64,000 nucleotides of DNA from an uncultured delta proteobacterium (GTDB taxonomy: Bacteria; Myxococcota; Myxococcia; Myxococcales; Myxococcaceae): the NCBI GenBank assembly GCA_963713045.1, contig CAVQKE010000001.1, positions 640,001-704,000 on the forward strand. Reading direction: 5' to 3'. The notes beneath the pieces were generated by a model. The model was not told the DNA's origin. It made no database searches and saw only the letters and a list, made by a program, of their open reading frames with translations. A program made the position numbers and the translations under genes. Position 1 is the first letter of the stretch. Every line of letters starts with the position of its first letter. Positions 39,048 to 49,500 of this stretch are shown here, in pieces.

Positions 39048-39712
39048 GGCGCACCCCGCTTGTGCTGCTGGCTGCACTGGGCTGCGCAGCGCCCCTGCAG
39101 CCGCTGCCCCCTTCCGCCACGGGGGTGGGGCCGGAAGACGCACCGGCCTTGGCGGAGAAGTCGCGCGCAGCCACCCGCAAAGCACAGCACGAAGCCTCCG
39201 CAGACGCCCGGCGGGCGTTGTCGCAAACGGCTCTCGAGGCGGCCCAACGTTGTCAGCAGACGGCACCCACCTCGCCAGCCTGCGCCTACGCGCTGGCCCT
39301 GGCCCTCGGCGTCGAAGCCCGTGAGCGGCCCTCCACCGCCACCCAAGGGCTTCCTCTCATGGTAGAGCAGCTGCGGGCTGCCAACCAGCAGGACCCACGG
39401 CTGGACAACGCCGGCCCATCGCGCGTCCTGGCGCTGGTCCTCATCCGCGCACCCGGCTGGCCGCTCGGCCCGGGCGACCCGGAGGGGGGCTTGAAGGCGG
39501 CGCGTCAGGCGGTGGCTCTCTTCCCGGACTACGCCCCCAACCAGCTGGCGCTGTCCGAAGCCCTGCTTCTGTCCGGCGACGACTCGGGCTCGCGCCTGGC
39601 CGCCACCCGGGCCTTGGCGCTGGCCCAGGCAGCGGCCGCCGCGGGCGAGGCCGACGCACGGGACTGGGAAAACGACGCCCAACAGCTGCTGGCCGGGCGG
39701 GCGCCGCGCTAG
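39044..39712 (+). CDS. TPR lipoprotein (TatT/BstC-like)
   Basis: Lipobox LAALG-C; LDNAGPSRVLALVLIRAPGWPLGPGD; PDYAPNQLALSEAL; 4-nt overlap with the upstream gene. Confidence 0.7.
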   Translation: MRRTPLVLLAALGCAAPLQPLPPSATGVGPEDAPALAEKSRAATRKAQHEASADARRALSQTALEAAQRCQQTAPTSPACAYALALALGVEARERPSTATQGLPLMVEQLRAANQQDPRLDNAGPSRVLALVLIRAPGWPLGPGDPEGGLKAARQAVALFPDYAPNQLALSEALLLSGDDSGSRLAATRALALAQAAAAAGEADARDWENDAQQLLAGRAPR

Positions 39713-39734
39713 GGCCGACAGGCCCCGGGGGGGC

Positions 39735-40178
39735 CTACCCGGACCGCGGACCTCGCCGCAGCCAGCCGTCCACGCTGAAGCGGTCATCCGCGCTCGGCAT
39801 CACCAGGAGGAAAAGCAGAAGGGCGGTCCGGGGAATGACGTGGGTGTGGAATTCGTACAGCGGCTCCGCCAACAGGTGGCCGAAGGTGACCAGCACCAAC
39901 ACCGCCCCCAGTGCCACCAGCGCCTGGCGGGTGCGGAAGCCAAGGAGCAGCATCGCGCCCGCCAAAAGCTCGACCAGCGGGACGACAGTTCCCGTCGCCC
40001 ACAGGGCCCACCGCGGCAGAAAGGTGTGCGCGTAAGGCTCCACGAAGAGGCGGCGGGCATGCTCCAGCGGACCGAGACTGAAGGTCTTCCAGAGTCCGGC
40101 CATGAAGAAGATGAGGCCCAGGATGAGGCGCGCGATGAGGACCGCCCAACTGCGGCTGGTGGAGTCGTCGGTTGTCAT
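39735..40178 (-). CDS. DoxX family membrane protein
   Basis: ARLILGLIFFMAGLWK, VELLAG.MLLLG, FSVD. Confidence 0.85.
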   Translation of the reverse strand: MTTDDSTSRSWAVLIARLILGLIFFMAGLWKTFSLGPLEHARRLFVEPYAHTFLPRWALWATGTVVPLVELLAGAMLLLGFRTRQALVALGAVLVLVTFGHLLAEPLYEFHTHVIPRTALLLFLLVMPSADDRFSVDGWLRRGPRSG

Positions 40179-40268
40179 GCCCGCTCCCCGGGCCCCCTGG
40201 GGCTTGTGCCGTAACCCCGGGGGCCCTGTTTCCAGCGTCCCAGTAGCCAAGCGCCAGAGGCGCCCTGT

Positions 40269-41015
40269 TCAGCCGAAGAAGTCCACCGCCGCCGTCTCCA
40301 GGTTGTACATCGCCCCACGGATGAGCAGCGCGTGGCTGGTCTGCAGTTCCTTCAACACCGCGCTCTTCTCAGCAATTTGCGCCATGGTGAGCTCGACATT
40401 CTTCTTCGCCACGGCGTCGACGAAGGCAGCGTTCTTGCTGGAGCGCTCGCCGGAAAAGACGGTGGCGTCGACGGCCGGCCGAATTTTGGCGAGCAGGCCG
40501 GTGAGGTTGCCCAGCTGAACGTTGTCAATCGCGCCCTTGATGGCCCCGCACGCGGTGTGCCCCATCACCAACACCACCTTGGCGCCGGCCACTTTGCACG
40601 CGAATTCCATGCTGCCCAGGATGTCGTCGTTTTGGATGTTTCCGGCAACCCGGGCGTTGAAAATGTCCCCAATTCCCAAGTCCAAAATCACCTCTGCCGG
40701 CGCCCGCGAGTCAATGCAGCTCAAAACGACGGCCGCTGGGTATTGGCCTTTGGCCGATGCCTGCTGCTCCCGGAGATAGTTTCGTTGCTTTCGCTCGCCC
40801 TTTCGAAAGCGTTCATTCCCCCGCTGCATCACGGCGAGGATGTCCTCCGGGGTCATCCTGGCGCGCTGTTCCTTCGTCAGGGCGTCGGCATAGGCCAGGC
40901 TCCCGAGCAGGCCAGCGCCGAGGACACCGTAGGCCCCCAACGCGGACGCACCCTGAAGAAAACGCCGACGGTCGAGAAGCTGTGGGCCCGGCTGCGCTGG
41001 GCGACGCGTCCTCAT
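40269..41015 (-). CDS. Beta-class carbonic anhydrase with Tat signal
   Basis: DRRRFLQG Tat motif, SCIDSR, RVAGN, GHTACGA; SD GGAGG. Confidence 0.93.
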   Translation of the reverse strand: MRTRRPAQPGPQLLDRRRFLQGASALGAYGVLGAGLLGSLAYADALTKEQRARMTPEDILAVMQRGNERFRKGERKQRNYLREQQASAKGQYPAAVVLSCIDSRAPAEVILDLGIGDIFNARVAGNIQNDDILGSMEFACKVAGAKVVLVMGHTACGAIKGAIDNVQLGNLTGLLAKIRPAVDATVFSGERSSKNAAFVDAVAKKNVELTMAQIAEKSAVLKELQTSHALLIRGAMYNLETAAVDFFG

Positions 41016-41045
41016 GGCGAAACCTCCTCGGGGAAGGGGCGCGGG

Positions 41046-41074
41046 AGTGAATCGCCGCACCGGGAGTCTGTCAA
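41046..41074 (-). promoter_or_regulatory. Putative sigma70 promoter for the carbonic anhydrase gene
   Basis: TTGACA, 17 nt, TTCACT. Confidence 0.4.
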
Positions 41075-41134
41075 CCCCAGGAAAGGCACCTGCCGCTTGC
41101 CGACGCCCGGGGGCGCAGCGGTGGGCGCTGACTG

Positions 41135-42340
41135 CTACGCCGCGCGGGCGCTGATGCTGGTCGGTAGCCGACGCATGTCTTCGACGACGTTGCCCGCCAC
41201 GTTGGAGTCCAAGTCCATGACCAAATAGCCAATCGCCGCGTTGGTGGAGAGCACCTGGGCGTGGATGTTGGCGCCATGGTCGGAGACAATTCTGTTCAAG
41301 TCTCTCAACACGCCAGGCACGTTGTGGTGCACGTTGATGACTCGCCAGGTGCCCGGAGAGGGCGCGAGGTCGACCGGTGGAAAGTTGACCGACCCCAGCG
41401 TCGCTCCGGTATGCGCAAAGCGGGCCAGGCTTGCCGAGACTTCGCGGCCAATCGCCTCCTGGGCTTCGCGCGTCGAGCCCCCAATGTGCGGCGTCAGGAT
41501 GACGTTGGGCAGCCCCCGGAGCGGTGTCTGAAATCCCTCGGCGCTGTTCGCCTCGGGCTCGTCGGGAAAGACGTCAACCGCTGCCCCGTCCAATCGCTTC
41601 TCCCTCAGCGCCTGGGCCAAGGCCTCGAGGTCGACCACCGTGCCCCGGCTGGCGTTGATGAGGCAGGCCCCCTTCTTCATCTTGGACAGCTGTGCCGCCC
41701 CCATCATCCCTCGCGTTTGCGGCGTCTCCGGGACGTGGAGGGTGACGAAGTCGCTCTGCTGCAGAAGGACGTCGAGCGTCTTCACCGGCTGGGAATTGCC
41801 GAGTGGCAGCTTGGAGGTGATGTCGAGGTAGACCACCCTCATCCCCAAGTCCTCGGCCAGGATGGAGATTTGGCTGCCGATGTGCCCGTAGCCCACCACG
41901 CCCAGCGTCTTTCCCCGCACCTCGCGCGAGCCGGAGGCCATTTTTTTCCACACGCCCTGCTGCATCTCCATCGCGCGGTCGCCCAGGTGACGGGACAGCA
42001 TGACAATTTCGGCCAACACCATCTCCGCCACACTTCGGGTGTTGGAGAACGGGGCGTTGAAGACGGCCACCCCACGCTGGGTGGCGTAGTCCAACGCGAC
42101 CTGGTTGGTGCCAATGCAGAAGGCGCCCACCGCCAGCAGGGCGTCGGCGGCGTCGAGCACTTTCTTCGTCACCTGGGTTTTGCTCCGAATGCCCAGCACC
42201 TGGACGCCAGCGAGGCGGGCAGCCAGCTGGTCTTCCTTCAGCGCGGCGTCGACGCGCTGGACTTCAAACCCGTCGTCTTCCAGCAACTCGTCGGCGATGG
42301 GGTGAACCGACTCGAGGAGGAGAATCTTCAGTGCAGACAT
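41135..42340 (-). CDS. serA: D-3-phosphoglycerate dehydrogenase with ACT domain
   Basis: GIRSKT, FCIGTNQV, NAPFSNTRSVAE, GYGHIG, TPHIGGST, HHNVPGVL. Confidence 0.96.
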   Translation of the reverse strand: MSALKILLLESVHPIADELLEDDGFEVQRVDAALKEDQLAARLAGVQVLGIRSKTQVTKKVLDAADALLAVGAFCIGTNQVALDYATQRGVAVFNAPFSNTRSVAEMVLAEIVMLSRHLGDRAMEMQQGVWKKMASGSREVRGKTLGVVGYGHIGSQISILAEDLGMRVVYLDITSKLPLGNSQPVKTLDVLLQQSDFVTLHVPETPQTRGMMGAAQLSKMKKGACLINASRGTVVDLEALAQALREKRLDGAAVDVFPDEPEANSAEGFQTPLRGLPNVILTPHIGGSTREAQEAIGREVSASLARFAHTGATLGSVNFPPVDLAPSPGTWRVINVHHNVPGVLRDLNRIVSDHGANIHAQVLSTNAAIGYLVMDLDSNVAGNVVEDMRRLPTSISARAA

Positions 42341-42496
42341 GGGGCAGCCGCGCAGCCTACTGGAGAGGACCCGGGGCGTGCCGGCCCTTGGGCTTCAACC
42401 CAGGAAGCCCCCCTCAAGGACGCCATCGGCCGCCCTTGTTCCCCCCCCCGGGGTACGTCTTTTTTTTCGCGCTGTCGCCCACCCCCGACCGGGCCA

Positions 42497-42868
42497 CTAG
42501 TGCTTGGATTTCTTGGCAGCAGGCTTTCTCGCGGCGGCGGCCAGGCGATGGGCCTCCTTGGCAAGGGCGACCCAGTCGGCTTGGGGGTCGGTCATTTCAA
42601 TCCATCCCTTCATCATCCGGCCGGCGCTGGGGCTGAAGGGCTTGCCAACGCCCAGGGAGATGAGCGCGGCGAGCCGCCCTTCGGTCAATTTCAGGACGAA
42701 GCGGCCGTGGGAGGACATCCCAAAGGACTTCCCGTCGAGCAGAAGACCGCGCATCGCGCCCGACTTGCTCTGCATCAGCGAGAAGCCTGGCGTGCGGGCA
42801 AAGGCGTCGGCCGCTGGGGTGAAGCGGGGGTCAGCTTGAGGCTTCGCGAGCTTTTTTTGCTTGGACAT
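42497..42868 (-). CDS. Hypothetical protein, TfoX/YjbR-like fold
   Basis: FVLKL...G.PF.P..GRMMKGW...WVALAKEAH pattern; SD AAGGAG. Confidence 0.6.
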   Translation of the reverse strand: MSKQKKLAKPQADPRFTPAADAFARTPGFSLMQSKSGAMRGLLLDGKSFGMSSHGRFVLKLTEGRLAALISLGVGKPFSPSAGRMMKGWIEMTDPQADWVALAKEAHRLAAAARKPAAKKSKH

Positions 42869-42914
42869 GGGCGTTGGACTCCTTGTTTCAGCCGAGGCCA
42901 GTCTCTCGGCCCCG

Positions 42915-43436
42915 TCAGGGCGCCCTCTTCGCGTCGTCCTTCCGACTTCGGGGCCTTCCGTCATGGGCTCCTTGGGTGCGCTGCGGCACGTTGCTCCACC
43001 ACCGGCTCCACGGCAGCTCGCCTTGGCGTCCGGGGTTGAGCGGGTAATAAATCCGGTTTTTGGACTTGTCCGCCTCGCCGCCGGACAGCAGCAGCGCGTC
43101 GGTTTCCCCGTCGTTGATGAAGGTGTGACAGATGCCCGTCCCGGACGGAAACGCGGCGAAGTCCCCGGCCTTCATGTGGTGCAGCTCCCCGTCAATCCAC
43201 GCCTCAATTTCCCCTTGGATGACATAGACGAATTCCTCCTCGGCCGACTCGGCATGGGGATAGGAAGTCCGCTTCCCGGGTGGCACCCGGACCAGGTGGA
43301 TGCCGAGGCGCAGCAGTCCCGCCGCGCGGCCGATGGCGCGCCCGGGCGCCATGTCCTCATCGCTGTTGGGGTAGCGGTGACTTTTCTCCGGGACGTCCGC
43401 GGACGAGACAATGAATTGCGGTCGGCTGTGGCCCAT
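42915..43436 (-). CDS. Cupin domain protein
   Basis: PPGKRTSYPHAESAEEEFVYVIQG, GDFAAFPSGTGICHTFIN. Confidence 0.88.
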   Translation of the reverse strand: MGHSRPQFIVSSADVPEKSHRYPNSDEDMAPGRAIGRAAGLLRLGIHLVRVPPGKRTSYPHAESAEEEFVYVIQGEIEAWIDGELHHMKAGDFAAFPSGTGICHTFINDGETDALLLSGGEADKSKNRIYYPLNPGRQGELPWSRWWSNVPQRTQGAHDGRPRSRKDDAKRAP

Positions 43437-43583
43437 GCCGGACGAATAGCCCAGCCGCGGGTAGCCGTTCCACCCTCTCCGCCGCCAGGCGCCTGGGGCC
43501 GAGGCCGCCCCGGGGAAGCCGGCGCCCCCCCCACCCGTTGGCCTTGACACTTCCTTCCTCCGCAGAGTTTAGGAGGTGTCGGC

Positions 43584-44540
43584 ATGGCCCTTTCCCGAGC
43601 CTTCCCGCGCGCCAGCTGGGCGCTGCTTGCTTTCATCCTGGCCGTGGTGGCTTGGGGCGGCCTGGTGCGCGCCTCCCACAGCGGCGACGGCTGCGGCGCC
43701 AACTGGCCCACCTGCAACGGGGAGGTTTTCCCCAGCGCTCCGGCGCTGAAGACGCGGATTGAATTCACCCACCGGATGATGAGTGGGGCCAGCCTGCTGC
43801 TGGTGGCGGCTTGGGTGGCCTGGGCCTTTCGGCGCTTCCCGGACAACCGCTGGGTGCGGCGCGGGGCGCTGGCGACACTGGTTTTCTTGCTGATGGAGGC
43901 TCTCATCGGGGCCGGCCTGGTGCTGCTGCGGCTGGTGGGGGCGGACAGCTCCGTCACCCGGGTGGTGGGCATGGGCCTGCACCTCCTCAACACCTTCGCC
44001 CTGCTGGCGTCGCTGCTTCTCACCGGACTGTGGGCCAGTGGGACGGCCCGCCCCCGCTTTCGTCAGCAAAGCCCGGTGGGCGCCCTGGTGTGGGCCTCGC
44101 TGGGTGCCCTGGTGGTGCTGGGGGTGAGTGGCGCCATTGCCGCCTTGGGAGACACCCTTTTCCCGGCCCGCAGCCTTCACGAGGGCTTCCTTCAGGACGC
44201 CTCCCCCGGCGCCCACTTCCTGTTGCGCCTGCGCATTCTTCACCCGGTATTGGCCGCGCTCGGTGGAAGCCTGTTGTTGGCCACCGCGGCGGTGGTGGGG
44301 TTTTTGCGGCCCACCCGCGCGGCACGCCGGGCGGCGCTGGTGTTGGCCTTCGCCGTCTCGGCGCAGCTGCTGTTGGGCCTCGTCAACCTCGCTTTGTTGG
44401 CCCCGCTGCCACTGCAGCTGTTGCACCTGGTCCTCGCCGACGGCGTGTGGCTGTGCGTGGTGGCGCTGGGCGCGCAGGCGCTGGCGGAGGACGCGCCCCG
44501 GCTTCTGGCGGCGCAGCCGGCCCTGGCCAGCCGGCAGTGA
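43584..44540 (+). CDS. ctaA: Heme A synthase, COX15/CtaA family
   Basis: GGLVRASHSGDGCGANWPTC, IEFTHR, conserved TM histidines; SD AGGAGG. Confidence 0.85.
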   Translation: MALSRAFPRASWALLAFILAVVAWGGLVRASHSGDGCGANWPTCNGEVFPSAPALKTRIEFTHRMMSGASLLLVAAWVAWAFRRFPDNRWVRRGALATLVFLLMEALIGAGLVLLRLVGADSSVTRVVGMGLHLLNTFALLASLLLTGLWASGTARPRFRQQSPVGALVWASLGALVVLGVSGAIAALGDTLFPARSLHEGFLQDASPGAHFLLRLRILHPVLAALGGSLLLATAAVVGFLRPTRAARRAALVLAFAVSAQLLLGLVNLALLAPLPLQLLHLVLADGVWLCVVALGAQALAEDAPRLLAAQPALASRQ

Positions 44541-44546
44541 CGGCTT

Positions 44547-45140
44547 TCAGTCCAGCGGCACGTCCAGAATGGGCGCGCCGTGCGCCTCCGGGGCTTCGTA
44601 GTGCCACCACTCCATGCGGTTTTTGCGGAAGCCCGCCTCCTCCATGGCGGTGCGCAACAGCGCGCGGCGGGCGGCCACCTGGGCATTGACCGGCGCGTCA
44701 TGGCGCGCCGTGGGCCCAAAGGTGTCAAACGGCGTCGGCATCTCCACCGGCGCGCCATCGGCGCGCACCAGCGTCACGTCCACCGCGGCCGCGCGGTTGT
44801 GGTGACTGCCGGAATGGGGGTCCGCCACATAGCCTCGGCGCGGGACGACGGCCCACATCGCCCACTGCACGGCCAGGGGCCGGTAACAGTCCCAAGCCTT
44901 CAGCCGGTAGCCTTTAGCCTCCACCGCCTGGGCAGCGCGGCGCAGACGCGCCGCCACCGGACGCAGCAGCAGGCAGCGCGCGTCCTTGGGGTAGAAGGCC
45001 TGTTGGAAGGCATTGTCCGCTTGCGCGTAGCGCAGCTCCACCAGCAGCCCCGGCACCGCCTGTTTGGCGTCCACCAAGTCCGGCACGGCCGCCGGCGGCG
45101 CCGAGAGCAGCAGCGCAAGCGCCAGGGCCGCCGTCCTCAC
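44547..45140 (-). CDS. ddpX: Secreted D-alanyl-D-alanine dipeptidase (M15D, VanX/DdpX)
   Basis: [21 protein letters not shown]; signal peptide. Confidence 0.9.
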   Translation of the reverse strand: MRTAALALALLLSAPPAAVPDLVDAKQAVPGLLVELRYAQADNAFQQAFYPKDARCLLLRPVAARLRRAAQAVEAKGYRLKAWDCYRPLAVQWAMWAVVPRRGYVADPHSGSHHNRAAAVDVTLVRADGAPVEMPTPFDTFGPTARHDAPVNAQVAARRALLRTAMEEAGFRKNRMEWWHYEAPEAHGAPILDVPLD

Positions 45141-45823
45141 CGGGGGGCGTACCGCGTCACGTCCTGGACGCCGGCCTCGGCGAAGCCCTTCTGGCGGATG
45201 AGGCAGCTGTCGCAGCGGCCGCAGGCGCGGCCTTCGCTGTCTGCTTCATAGCAGCTGGTGGTCAGCGCATAGTCCACCCCCAACCGCAGCCCAGTGCGGA
45301 TGATGTCCGCCTTGGACAGCTGCAGCAGCGGGGCGTGAATGTGGAAGGCCTCTCCCTGGACGCCGGCCCGGGTGGCCAGGCTGGCCAGCCCTTCGAAGGC
45401 CTGAAGGAATTGCGGCCGACAGTCCGGGTAGCCGCTGTAGTCCACGGCATTCACCCCAATAAAAATGTCCCGCGCGCCCACCACTTCGGCCAACCCCAAG
45501 GCGAGGCTGAGGAAGACGGTGTTGCGGGCCGGCACGTAGGTGATGGGCACCCCGTGCGCCCTGTCGGCCTCCGGCCTGTCTTTGGGGACGGGGATGTCTG
45601 CCGTCAGGGCGGAGCCGCCGATGGCGCGCAAGTCCACCGCCACTTCCCGCACTTCTTGCACGCCCAAGGAAGCGGCCACCGCCCGCGCCTGGCGCAGCTC
45701 CACCGCATGGCGCTGGCCGTACTGCACCAGAAGACACACCGGGCGGTATCCCGCCTGCTGCGCCAGGGCGAGGCAGGTGGCGGAGTCCAGGCCGCCGGAC
45801 AGCAACACCACGGCGCGCTTCAC
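45137..45823 (-). CDS. queC: 7-cyano-7-deazaguanine synthase
   Basis: [32 protein letters not shown]...CGRCDSC. Confidence 0.97.
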   Translation of the reverse strand: MKRAVVLLSGGLDSATCLALAQQAGYRPVCLLVQYGQRHAVELRQARAVAASLGVQEVREVAVDLRAIGGSALTADIPVPKDRPEADRAHGVPITYVPARNTVFLSLALGLAEVVGARDIFIGVNAVDYSGYPDCRPQFLQAFEGLASLATRAGVQGEAFHIHAPLLQLSKADIIRTGLRLGVDYALTTSCYEADSEGRACGRCDSCLIRQKGFAEAGVQDVTRYAPR

Positions 45824-46464
45824 GGGACGGAGGACTGTCCTTGGCCCACCAGGCCGAAGGTGACGGCGCAGTCGGGAGGCGCCGGCATGGCGCAGCCGCC
45901 GTCGGTGTAGGGCACCACCAAGTCCAACAGCAGGCCACAGGCCGGGCTGAATTGCGTCTGCCACACGCCGCCCAGTTGGGTGGGAGGGGGGCCGCTGGGG
46001 ATGCCTCCCTGGCAGCCGCCGTCCAGGCTGGCGTACAGGGTGAGGCTGATGATTTCCGTCACCTGGGCAAAGCAGCCCGCGTCCTGGGACGGCTGGTTGG
46101 CGAGGACGAAGAAGCGCTGGGCCACGGCTTGCGTCACCGCGGTTTGTCCGTCAAAGGTGCCGTCGGAAGTGGCGCTCTGGCTGCCGGAGGCATAGCTGAT
46201 GTAGCCGGCGTCGTCGGGCCCCATGGACACCACCAACACCGTACTGCCGCCGTCCGGATAGCCGCCGTCCTGGCACGGGCCAGGCGAGCCATTCTCCGGG
46301 CAGAAGCCGGGCAACATGGAGAAGGAGGTACAGCTGTTGCTGCGGGGGATGAGGGCGGTGTTGAAGCTGCCCACCAGCTGGCCCGGGTAAACGATGTTGC
46401 TGGTGCAAGCCACCCCCACCAGGGCGAGGAGGGCAGCGAGGAAAGCGAAGTTACGGCGCGACAT
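45820..46464 (-). CDS. Cys-rich hypothetical lipoprotein
   Basis: Lipobox LVGVA-C, several Cys, repeated DGG/DAG motifs. Confidence 0.72.
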   Translation of the reverse strand: MSRRNFAFLAALLALVGVACTSNIVYPGQLVGSFNTALIPRSNSCTSFSMLPGFCPENGSPGPCQDGGYPDGGSTVLVVSMGPDDAGYISYASGSQSATSDGTFDGQTAVTQAVAQRFFVLANQPSQDAGCFAQVTEIISLTLYASLDGGCQGGIPSGPPPTQLGGVWQTQFSPACGLLLDLVVPYTDGGCAMPAPPDCAVTFGLVGQGQSSVP

Positions 46465-46506
46465 GGGCCCTCGCGGACGGGTTTCCCTCTTCCGCAGTTG
46501 GAGACT

Positions 46507-49500
46507 CTACACGAGGGCCAGGGCGCGCTGGACGACGGCGTGGAAGGCCGCGCTGTTGGCCAGCACTGCAGCGACGTCCACGCTGGCCACATCCGCGCCG
46601 CGCACCTCGGCTTCCAGAAACAGCACCACCCGCGCCGCGGCGCGTGGCACCGGAACGGCCAGGAAGGCCGCCGGCGCCACCCGGGCGACGGCGGGAACGC
46701 TGCCCGGGGAAGCCAGCTCCACGCCTTCGTCCCCCAGCAGGAGCGCCAATGCCACCAGGAAGGTCATCTCGACCGGCCCGAAGTAGGACAGCGCGCCGGC
46801 GCCCAGCACCAGCGTCTCCGGGCCAGCCAGCCAGGCCTCCGGGCCGCCGGCCGGGTCCAAGTAGACGAGGACTTCCGGCGCGCCCAGGGAAGACAGCGAC
46901 TGACTTAAGGCGGCATGCAGGCGGGGCATGGACGCCGCCTCCACTGCCACTGCGCCCGACGGCAGCGGCCGGGTGCGGACGGCGCGGGGACGGGACAGCC
47001 GGACTGCCGCCGCTGCCGAAGCGTCGGCCAATGGCAACTCGCCGGAGGCAGCGCGGGCGAAGTCCTCAAAGCGCCCCGACTCCACCGGACGCCCCGTCCG
47101 GCGCAGCGCCTCGGCGTAGGCCATCCATCCCGGCGCATCCGGCAGCCCGTCGGCCAGCAGCGACGGCCAGAGGTTGGCGGCGACGCCGGCCCCCGTCTCG
47201 GTGTTGGAGAGGCGCTCGGCCACCTCCCTGCGGGAGGCCAGTGGCACCTCGGCTTCGACGCCGGTCAATAGGTGGGCCGCCCGTTCCAGAAGCCCCGCCT
47301 GCAGCGCGTGCAGGCCGAGTTCTGCGCGCTCGGCCGGCGACTGCACCAGCTGCTCGCGGAGGGCGAAGGCCTCATCGGCGCGGCCCAGCGCTTCGGCCAG
47401 CTGCGCGCGCTGCTCCAACAGTGTGGGCGTGGCGGCTAGCCCTGCCAGGACGCTGGCCGCCTCCTCCAGCCGTCCCAAGTGCGCGTAGGCCGAAGCCAGC
47501 CGGCGCGGCACCTCCTGCGGCGCCTGCGGGGCCAGCGCCAGCAGGCGCTCGGCCAACGCGACGAAGTGTGCCGCGTCGTCGGCCTCGGAGGTGAGGGCCA
47601 GCAGCTTTTGAAGCGGCGCAGGCTGCTCAGCGTCTTCGTTGACGGCTTGCTGGTAGGCCGACTGCGCCTTCTCGGTTTGGCCAAGGTGCAGAAATAGGTC
47701 CCCCAGCTGGCTATGCAGGGCCGCGCGCTGGGGCGCCTCGGCCGTCGCCTCCGCCCAGCTGGCGAGGGCCTGCACCGCGTCCTCCAGCCGGTTGTCATCG
47801 CGCGCCCGTTGAAAGAGTTCCTGCCACAGCGGGGCGGAACGCCCCGGGACGCGGGCCGCGAGGCTGCGCAGGGCGCGCTCGCGCTCCGTGCCCCGCCTTC
47901 CCCGCGCATAGGAAACCAGCGCGTCCACCAGCGCCGGCGGCGCGGCGTCGTCCAGCTGCTGCAGCACTTCGGCCAGCACGGCGTCCCCCTGGCCCAGGGC
48001 CACCAGGCGCGCCAGGGCTTCCACCCGCGGGCCGCCCTCCTCGTGCCGCGCGTCCTCCATGCTGACGGGCGCCAGCACCACCGCCCGGTACAGCGCTGAG
48101 GCCAGCTCGCGGGCCCGCACCGCCTCGCACAGGCGTGCGGCGCGCAGCCGTTCCTCCTGGCTGCCCTCCTCCAGGACAAGGGCCGCCAGCCGGCGCACCA
48201 CCGCGGCCTCCGGCGCCGTGCCCGCCACCCCCCACAGCGCCTCGCGCAGCCGCGCGCCGTCGTTCAACGCCTCAGCGACTTGTAGCGCCTCCCCGAAGGC
48301 GCCTTGGGCCAGCAGTGGCCCATAGCCGTGGAGGGCCGCCGCTTCGAGGGCGCCGACGGACAACAGCCGGCGCGCCCATTCGGACGGGCCGAGCGCTTCA
48401 GGGTGCGCCGTCGCCAGCTGCTCCAACAGGGCCCGCGCCCGAGGCAGCGCGCCGGCGGCCTGGTGGCTTTCGGCCGCTTCCAGGCGAAGGGCCACCGCCT
48501 CTGGCCCGGGGGTAAGTTGTGCCGCTTGCTCCAGTGCCGCCGCGGCCTCGGCCAACCCGCCGGTGGCCTTGGCCAGCCGGGCGTACAGCAGCAGCGCCGG
48601 CAAGCCGGCCTCGGCTGCCGCCGACGCCTTGGCGTAGAGGGCCGCCTGAGGCGTGTCCCCACCGCCCTCGGCCAACTGGGCGGCCTCGAGGAGGAGGGCA
48701 GCGCGGCCGGCCGTCGGCTGCAATTCGGCGCGCGCAGCGAGGGCCCGTGCGCGGGCCAGCGGTGCACCGGACAGCACCGGCTCGAGGAGTTCCAGCGCAC
48801 CGGCGTAGGCGTCGGAGGGTCCGGCGTCCACCACCGGCTGAAGCAGCGCGCGGATGCGCTCCGCCGCCTCCGGGCCGGAGAGGGTCCGGGCGGCTTCCAG
48901 GCGCAGGGCGGCGCTGCGCGCGTCCAACGGCAACAGTGCCACCAGCGCCTCCAACGTCCGGCCGAGGGCCTCCGTTTCGCCGCGCGCGCGCTCGGCCCGG
49001 GCCAGCGCTTCCCAGGCCTCGGTGTGGGAGGGCTGGGCTTTGACAGAAGCGCGCAGGTGGCCAAGGGCAGCGTCGGCGTCGCCCTGGGCGAAAGTCGCTT
49101 CGGCCGCCTGAAGCAAAAGCTGCGCGGCACGCGCGCCGCCGCTGGCTTGGGCAGCGCGCACCAACAGGCCGAGGCGTTCCTCGGCGCGCCCGGTGGCCAG
49201 CAGGGCGTCCAAGGCCCGGTCCACCACTTCCACGTCCGTCGGGCGCAGCTCCGCCAGGGGCAACAGCGCCGCCAGGGCCTGGGTGCCGTCCTCCACCAGG
49301 GCCGCCGCCCGCCGGTACAGGGCCTCGGCTTCATCCGGGCGGGCCCGGCGCGCCAGCAGCAGCGACGTCCGGAAGGCGCCTTGGGCGTCCTGCGCCTTGG
49401 CGTACACCTCCGCCAACAGCGACAGGGCCGTGCGGCCGGCGTCCGTCTCCGGCCCTTGGGCCACCACCTCCTCCAGCACCTCGGCCGCGTCCTTCAGGGC

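Noticed and set aside
44547..45140. VanX as a glycopeptide-resistance locus
   Set aside because: No vanH/vanA/vanRS nearby; stand-alone DdpX homologues are common in Gram-negative bacteria
45137..45823. queC as part of a Qat or Dpd-type defence/DNA-modification system
   Set aside because: Canonical length and motifs; no TatD, ATPase or dpdA neighbours; queF present as in normal queuosine synthesis
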